From Candidatus Avelusimicrobium pullicaecorum (GTDB lineage Bacteria; Elusimicrobiota; Elusimicrobia; Elusimicrobiales; Elusimicrobiaceae), in NCBI GenBank assembly GCA_944322825.1, contig CALUQD010000001.1, forward strand, positions 16,015 to 80,014: a stretch of 64,000 bases of DNA, given 5' to 3'. The notes beneath the pieces were generated by a model that was given only the letters and a program-made list of their open reading frames with translations, had not been told where the DNA came from and made no database searches. This document shows, one piece after another, positions 58,229 through 64,000 of this stretch (position 1 is its first letter; each line of letters starts with the position of its first letter). Both the position numbers and the translations under genes were made by a program.

Positions 58229-59407
58229 ATGGATGGAGAAAATAGAATGACTGTGGAAGAACAAATCAATTTTTTAACGCGCGGCTGCGTGGATGTCGTT
58301 TCGAAAGCCGATTTAGCCAAAAAATTAGAAAGCGGAAAAACCTTAAAAGTAAAACTGGGCTGCGATCCGACCAGCGCCGATTTGCACCTGGGGCACAGCG
58401 TGGCCCTTTCGTTATTGCGCCGCTTCCAGGATTTGGGGCATAAGGCCGTGCTGGTTATTGGCGATTTTACCGCCGCCGTGGGCGACCCTTCCGGCCGCGA
58501 TTCTACCCGCCCCGTTCTTCCGCGCGAGAAAATTTTGGAAAATGCCAAAACCTATACGGACCAAGCCTTTAAAGTATTAGACCCCGCCAAAACGGAAATC
58601 CGCTTTAACAGCCAATGGCTGGAACCGTTTACCAGCGGCAAAGAACTCTTGCAAACGCTGCAAAAGGTAACCGTGGCGCAAGTGCTGGAACGCGACGATT
58701 TCAAAAAGCGGATGGCCGCCGGCAGCCCGATTAGTATGCTTGAAGTGCTATACAGCTTGTTCCAGGGGCAGGATTCCGTGGCCCTGGAGGCGGACGTGGA
58801 ACTGGGCGGAACGGACCAAATTTTTAACTTGCTCGTCGGCCGCCAGCTGCAAAAGAACCACGGGCAGGAACCGCAGGTAGCCATTACGGTGCCGCTGTTG
58901 GTAGGATTGGACGGCGTGAAAAAAATGTCTAAATCCTACGGCAACTACGTGGGGCTCAATGACGAGCCGGGCGATATGTTCGGCAAGCTGATGTCCATCC
59001 CCGATGAACTGATGCCGATGTATTACGAGCTGTTAACGTCCGAAAATATGGACGAAATCAAAGCCATGCACCCGATGGCCGCCAAAAAGAAACTGGCCGG
59101 CCTGCTGGTAACGCGCTTCCACAGTGCAGAAGCGGCCGCGGCATCGTTGGAAAATTTTGAAAAAGTATTCTCCAAAAAAGAACTCCCCACCGATATGCCG
59201 CAGTTTAAACCGGAAGCGGGAGCATTGCTGTCGGCTGTTATCTTTGCGGCCGGCGCGGCACAGAGCAAAAACAAAGCCCGCGGGTTGATTGACCAAGGCG
59301 CCGTACGCTTGAAAGGCGAAAAAGTAACCGCCGACGGGCCGCTGGCATTTGAAGCAGGCGATGTGCTGCAAGTGGGCAAACGCTATTTCTTTAAACTGGT
59401 GAAGTAA
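58229..59407 (+). CDS. tyrS: tyrosyl-tRNA synthetase
   Basis: GCDPTSADLHLGH, ELGGTDQ, KMSKS, S4 domain. Confidence 0.97.
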   Translation: MDGENRMTVEEQINFLTRGCVDVVSKADLAKKLESGKTLKVKLGCDPTSADLHLGHSVALSLLRRFQDLGHKAVLVIGDFTAAVGDPSGRDSTRPVLPREKILENAKTYTDQAFKVLDPAKTEIRFNSQWLEPFTSGKELLQTLQKVTVAQVLERDDFKKRMAAGSPISMLEVLYSLFQGQDSVALEADVELGGTDQIFNLLVGRQLQKNHGQEPQVAITVPLLVGLDGVKKMSKSYGNYVGLNDEPGDMFGKLMSIPDELMPMYYELLTSENMDEIKAMHPMAAKKKLAGLLVTRFHSAEAAAASLENFEKVFSKKELPTDMPQFKPEAGALLSAVIFAAGAAQSKNKARGLIDQGAVRLKGEKVTADGPLAFEAGDVLQVGKRYFFKLVK

Positions 59408-59413
59408 CGAATA

Positions 59414-60379
59414 ATGAAAAAATTTATCTTTCTGCTGTGCTTAGCTTTGTGTGTTTGCATCGGCGGTTGCTGGATGGTAAAAGCGTGTTTCTTTAGCAAA
59501 GGGCCGCTGGTAGTGGTGAAAATTGAACAAGGCCAGAGCGGCGCCGAAGTAGCCAAAATGCTCAAGGAAAAAGGAATCATCCGCAGCGAACTGTTTTTTA
59601 AAGCGCTGATGCGGTTGACTTCTTCCGCCCGGGATTTAAAAGCCGGCCGGTTTGATTTGCGCAAGAATACCTCGTCGTTCGAAGTGATTAACTGCATTAA
59701 AAGCGGCAAGTGCATTCACTATGAAAAAGTGACTTTTTTGGAAGGTTGGAGAAGCGAAGAAATGGCGGACCTGCTAGCCGAAAAAGGCATTACGGATGCG
59801 CGCGCGTTTTTGGATATCGTGCGCGAAAAAAACCTGGAAGGCTATTTGTTCCCCTCCACCTATTTGTTTGCGGAAAACACCCCCGCCCAAAAAGTGGTGG
59901 ATGAAATGCTGGTGCAATACCGCAAAAATATCGCGCCGCTGTTTCGGCAGTATCCGACGGACTTGACCGAAAAACAAGTGCTGACGCTCGCCTCCATTGT
60001 AGAACGCGAAGCCGTGGTGCACGACGAACGGCCCAAAATTGCCGCCGTGTATTTAAACCGCTTCCGCATTGGCAAGCGTTTGGAAGCGGACCCGACGGTG
60101 CAGTATGCCTTGGGCTTTAATTTAAAGGAAAACCGCTATTGGAAGAAAGGCCTCACCTACAAAGATTTGCGGGTCAATTCTCCCTACAACACTTACCGCA
60201 ACGCCGGCCTGCCGCCGGGGCCGATTTGCAACCCCAGCCGCGAGTCCGTCTTGGGCGTGCTGAACCCGGAAAAGAATTTTGACGCGCTTTACTTTGTGGC
60301 CGATACGGGCGGACGGCACGTATTTTCCAAAACGTATGACGAGCACCGCCGCAACATCCGCCGTATCCGCGGCCGATAA
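59414..60379 (+). CDS. mltG: endolytic transglycosylase MltG
   Basis: LEGYLFPSTY, LASIVERE, LEADPTV, SPYNTY..GLPPGPICNP. Confidence 0.95.
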   Translation: MKKFIFLLCLALCVCIGGCWMVKACFFSKGPLVVVKIEQGQSGAEVAKMLKEKGIIRSELFFKALMRLTSSARDLKAGRFDLRKNTSSFEVINCIKSGKCIHYEKVTFLEGWRSEEMADLLAEKGITDARAFLDIVREKNLEGYLFPSTYLFAENTPAQKVVDEMLVQYRKNIAPLFRQYPTDLTEKQVLTLASIVEREAVVHDERPKIAAVYLNRFRIGKRLEADPTVQYALGFNLKENRYWKKGLTYKDLRVNSPYNTYRNAGLPPGPICNPSRESVLGVLNPEKNFDALYFVADTGGRHVFSKTYDEHRRNIRRIRGR

Positions 60380-60428
60380 ATTTAGGCATAAAAAATCCCG
60401 CTGTTACAGCGGGATTTTTTGTATGCTG

Positions 60429-62345
60429 TTATTCCTTAAAGTACAGCGGCCTAAGCGAATTGCACACCGCCAAGAGCGATACCCCCACATCCGCAAATAC
60501 CGCCGCCCACATATTGGCACATCCTACCACGCCCAGCAACAGCACCGCCGCCTTTACCGCCAACGCAAACACAATGTTTTGCTTGACCACCCACAGCGTT
60601 TTGCGCGCAATACGAATGCCCAGGGTAATTTTTTTCAGTTCATCCGTCATCAGCACCACATCGGCGGCTTCGATGGCGGCGTCCGAACCGAGGGCACCCA
60701 TCGCCAACGCCAAATCGGCCCGCGCCAACACGGGCGCATCGTTAATGCCGTCCCCGGCAAATGCCGTCACTGCCCCTTTGGGGGCTGCGTGGATAAGGGC
60801 TTCCAACTTCTCCACCTTTCCGCCGGGCAATAATCCGCCGTATGCTTGCGAAATGCCCAGTTCTTGTGCGGTTTTTTGCACGGCTTCGGGTGCATCTCCG
60901 CTTAAAATAACGGTTTGCTTGACCCATTTTTGCAATTCTTTCAGTGCCTCTTTGGCACCCGGTTTGGGTTTGTCCCCCAATTCCAGGCGCCCTCTATACT
61001 GTCCATTTTCCGCCACGTACACGCACGTACCTGCAGCCGCCGGCACGCCCGGCACGTTAAAACGGGCCATTAAACGCGCGTTTCCGGCCAAAACAGCGGT
61101 TTTTCCGCACAAGGCTTCCACCCCTTCGCCCGCCCGTTCCGTTAAGTGGATTTCTTTTACCGGGACCAAAGTGCTTTCGTGCGCTTTCTTTAAAATGGCT
61201 TTGGCAATTGGATGATTGGAATGCTGTTCCGCAAGCGCCGCCAAACGCAGCAGTTCTTCCGGGGGGACGCCGGCGGCCGGCACAACGGCCGTTACTTCAA
61301 AGACGCCTTGCGTCAGCGTGCCGGTTTTATCAAAAGCCAACGTATGGATGCGGGCCAAACGTTCCACATACGAACCGCCTTTAATTAAAATACCGTTTTT
61401 AGCCGCGCCGCCGATCCCGCCAAAAAAGCCCAGCGGTACCGACAATACCAGCGCACACGGACACGAAATCACCAGGAAAATAAGCGCCCGGTAAAACCAC
61501 GTTTTAAACGAAGCATCCGCCCCTATCAGCGGCGGCAATACAGCCACCAACACGGCTACCAACACCACTGCCGGCGTATACACGCGCGCAAAACGGGTGA
61601 TGAATTTTTCCGCCGCGGATTTTTTATTGGCGGCGTTTTCGGCCAGTTCCAAAATTTTAGCTACGGCCGAATTTTCGTACGTCTTTTGAACACGAATATC
61701 CAACGTGCCATCTACGCTAATACATCCCGCCAGCACTTCTTTGCCGGGACGGACGCTTATCGGGCGGGATTCCCCCGTCAGGGCCGAGGCGTCCAGCCGT
61801 CCTGCTCCCTGTATAATCACCCCGTCTAACGCCACGCGTTCCCCGGGGCGCACGCGGGTTGTTTCCCCCACTTGCACCGTGCGCGGGTTTACTTCGGCCT
61901 CTTTCCCTCCCCGTACTACGCGGGCAAATTCCGGCCGCAAGTCCATCAGTTTTACAATGCTGCGGCGGGATTTCCCGGCGGCGTATTCCTGCAATAATTC
62001 ACCCGTTTGATAAAACAACATCACGGCTACCGCTTCCGGATATTGGCCAATTCCCCACGCGCCCAATGTGGCCAGCGACATCAAAAAATTTTCGTCAAAT
62101 ATTTTCCCGGCCCGAATGTTACGCGCCGATTTGACCAATACTTCCCATCCGCACGTCAAATAGGAAACGACATAAAGCGCTATTTTTATCCCCCCCGGAA
62201 CCGGCAGCAGCAAAGCCGCGGCGAACAACATCGCCGCGGCAAGCAGTTTTTTCCATTCACCGCCGGATTTTTCGTTCGAACACCCGTGGGCGCACGCACA
62301 GGCTTTGCAACAGGAAGTTTGCGTCGGTTTAGATAAATGGCTCAT
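60429..62345 (-). CDS. cadA: heavy-metal (Cd/Zn) P1B-type ATPase
   Basis: TGES, SCPCA, FDKTGTLT, GDGINDAP; Cys/His-rich N-terminus. Confidence 0.93.
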   Translation of the reverse strand: MSHLSKPTQTSCCKACACAHGCSNEKSGGEWKKLLAAAMLFAAALLLPVPGGIKIALYVVSYLTCGWEVLVKSARNIRAGKIFDENFLMSLATLGAWGIGQYPEAVAVMLFYQTGELLQEYAAGKSRRSIVKLMDLRPEFARVVRGGKEAEVNPRTVQVGETTRVRPGERVALDGVIIQGAGRLDASALTGESRPISVRPGKEVLAGCISVDGTLDIRVQKTYENSAVAKILELAENAANKKSAAEKFITRFARVYTPAVVLVAVLVAVLPPLIGADASFKTWFYRALIFLVISCPCALVLSVPLGFFGGIGGAAKNGILIKGGSYVERLARIHTLAFDKTGTLTQGVFEVTAVVPAAGVPPEELLRLAALAEQHSNHPIAKAILKKAHESTLVPVKEIHLTERAGEGVEALCGKTAVLAGNARLMARFNVPGVPAAAGTCVYVAENGQYRGRLELGDKPKPGAKEALKELQKWVKQTVILSGDAPEAVQKTAQELGISQAYGGLLPGGKVEKLEALIHAAPKGAVTAFAGDGINDAPVLARADLALAMGALGSDAAIEAADVVLMTDELKKITLGIRIARKTLWVVKQNIVFALAVKAAVLLLGVVGCANMWAAVFADVGVSLLAVCNSLRPLYFKE

Positions 62346-62683
62346 AATTCCTCCCGCACGTGTTCCAATCCTTGGTCAAAAATCTGTTTGACGTGTTCGT
62401 CAGCCAGCGAGTAAAACACGGTTTTCCCCTCCCGGCGGTTTTTGACCAGTTTATTTTGTTTTAAAAAACGAAGCTGGTGCGAAATGGCCGAGTGGGTCAT
62501 TCCCAGTTCGTCCGCAATATGCCGGACGCATTGTTCGCAGTTAAACAGCGCGCACAAAATGCGCAGGCGGGTGCTGTCGCCAAAGACTTTGAACAAATCC
62601 GCCAAATCATAGAGGGTTTCCTCGGGTAAACGCAGGGTGGGTTTGCACTGGTGCCCCGCTTGCTTTTGAGTATGCTTTTGCAT
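62342..62683 (-). CDS. ArsR/SmtB family metal-sensing repressor
   Basis: FKVFGDSTRLRIL, SAISHQLR.L, YSLADEHV. Confidence 0.93.
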   Translation of the reverse strand: MQKHTQKQAGHQCKPTLRLPEETLYDLADLFKVFGDSTRLRILCALFNCEQCVRHIADELGMTHSAISHQLRFLKQNKLVKNRREGKTVFYSLADEHVKQIFDQGLEHVREEL

Positions 62684-62704
62684 TCTTTTTATCCTAAATA
62701 AATA

Positions 62705-62730
62705 AATATATGAACATATGTTCATATATT
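62705..62730. promoter_or_regulatory. SmtB/CadC-type operator
   Basis: Perfect 26-bp palindrome AATATATGAACAT|ATGTTCATATATT upstream of the repressor. Confidence 0.85.
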
Positions 62731-62835
62731 AGTATAACAATTTTCCCGTTTTATTTCAAATTGAAAATGACGGTTGAGAAATAAATTAAAAATTGTATAC
62801 TATTTTTAGTGGAAATTTATTTTTAAGGAGAACCT

Positions 62836-63309
62836 ATGAAGACACAGGGCTTTACGTTAATTGAACTGATGGTGGTGGTGCTGATTATCGGCATTCTGTC
62901 CGCCATTGCACTGCCGCAGTATGAAATGGCGGTGGAAAAATCCCGCATTTCCGAAGCGATGGTGAACGCCAAAGCAATTGTGGATGCCTCGCAACGCTAT
63001 TTCCAGGCCAATCCGAATGAATCCACCATCACCAGTAAAAACCAAATTGCGGATGTTGATTTACGCGGCGGATCCTGGAACTCTACAGGAAATGTATTTA
63101 CCACCAACTTGTTTATATACGAGCTGGGCGGAGCGAATGGAAGAGTGACGGCGTACCGCACTGATACGGGTTCCACCAGCGGCTTTATCTATAAGTTATG
63201 GCAACAGCCTGATTTAGACGGAAGCGGTACCGCGCTTAAAGGATGTGAACCCGGCTCCATAGATAGAGAAACCGGCGAACAAATGTGCAAATTCTTTTTG
63301 GGGATTTAA
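62836..63309 (+). CDS. type IV pilin-like protein
   Basis: G|FTLIELMVVVLIIGILSAIALPQY prepilin motif; C-terminal Cys pair. Confidence 0.93.
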   Translation: MKTQGFTLIELMVVVLIIGILSAIALPQYEMAVEKSRISEAMVNAKAIVDASQRYFQANPNESTITSKNQIADVDLRGGSWNSTGNVFTTNLFIYELGGANGRVTAYRTDTGSTSGFIYKLWQQPDLDGSGTALKGCEPGSIDRETGEQMCKFFLGI

Positions 63310-63588
63310 GAAATTCATATAAAAAACCCCGGCTTAACCGCCGGAGTTTTTTTATGGGGAAAGGAGCGGCCAGCGGCGTCATCCTAAGCGTGTGGATGAA
63401 CAGCCGGGGCATTGATGGGAAAAGCCTGGGCAGCGTTTGGTTGTCGCCATGGAAAGTTTGTTTTGGCCCGCCGCAGGGGAGTCCGGGCCGCGTAAGCAAA
63501 CGGCGGCGCGGGTTTCGTTCTGCCGTCCCCCGGAGCGCAAAAAATACCCTCCCACTTAGGCGGAGGGTATTTTTTGACAGAACATCCG

Positions 63589-64000
63589 CTATAAATTGCG
63601 CAGCCGTTTGACGATGCCTTTGGCGGCCGTCATCGGGTTAGGTATGCGCAGGCGTTTATAGGCGCCGCGCATAGCAAATAATTCTTTGTTGCGGGCGGTT
63701 AAGCGCGTAAACACTTTCCACAAATTATCTTTTAAATTCTTATCTTCCCGTATGACCCGCGCACAGCCGGCGTCCGCCAAAATTTTGGCGTTGTAATACT
63801 GGTGGTCGGCCGCGGCGTACGGAAACGGCACCAACACCGCCGGCAGGCGGCAGTACATCAGCTCGGCCAGCGTACTGGCGCCGCTGCGGCAGACGGTTAA
63901 ATCCGACACGCGCATCAGCGCATAAATTTCGTGCGAATACGGCAGCACCGCCACATTGTTCAAACCGGCATAGCTTTCCCGTATCACGCCAAACCACCGT
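63589..64000 (-). CDS. murG: MurG glycosyltransferase, C-terminal part (5' end outside window)
   Basis: [11 protein letters not shown]...[19 protein letters not shown]. Confidence 0.88.
   Translation of the reverse strand, partial: RWFGVIRESYAGLNNVAVLPYSHEIYALMRVSDLTVCRSGASTLAELMYCRLPAVLVPFPYAAADHQYYNAKILADAGCARVIREDKNLKDNLWKVFTRLTARNKELFAMRGAYKRLRIPNPMTAAKGIVKRLRNL

Overview
Bacterial chromosome segment, mostly housekeeping and fermentative genes: pyk (partial), gap, ddh, ldh, ppa, TolQRA/ExbBD-TonB, pgpA/pgsA, lolA, ftsK, accB, pnp, rpsO, hydE, ppdK, gmk, rpoZ, udg, priA, tyrS, mltG, cadA/cadC, a pilin and murG (partial). Gene content and pilin style suggest an anaerobic diderm such as Elusimicrobiota; this is inference only. 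An ~18.9 kb island (13372-32233) is integrated at the 3' end of tRNA-Ser(GCT) by a DUF2924 + large serine recombinase module, and its att sites can be reconstructed from the sequence. The island carries a type I R-M system with an embedded RxxxxH (HEPN-like/DUF3644) gene. It also carries the best candidate for a new system: an HTH-WYL regulator divergent from a seven-gene operon encoding a two-Asp-box miniprotein, a frameshifted membrane protein, a UDG-superfamily-like protein, three tandem dynamin-like GTPases and a TM-anchored protein. That operon's promoter has a perfect palindrome matching the PafBC-type TGTCGG-N10-TA-N3-T geometry. Outside the island, a palindromic motif (RGGYC-N4-GRCCY) sits at the same position in five promoters. 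Its targets are two secreted chymotrypsin-fold proteins with a viral-3C-like GxCG nucleophile motif, a secreted Cys/His protein and two unannotated small ORFs. Many genes look leaderless. All protein calls come from recognising motifs by eye; no searches were run.
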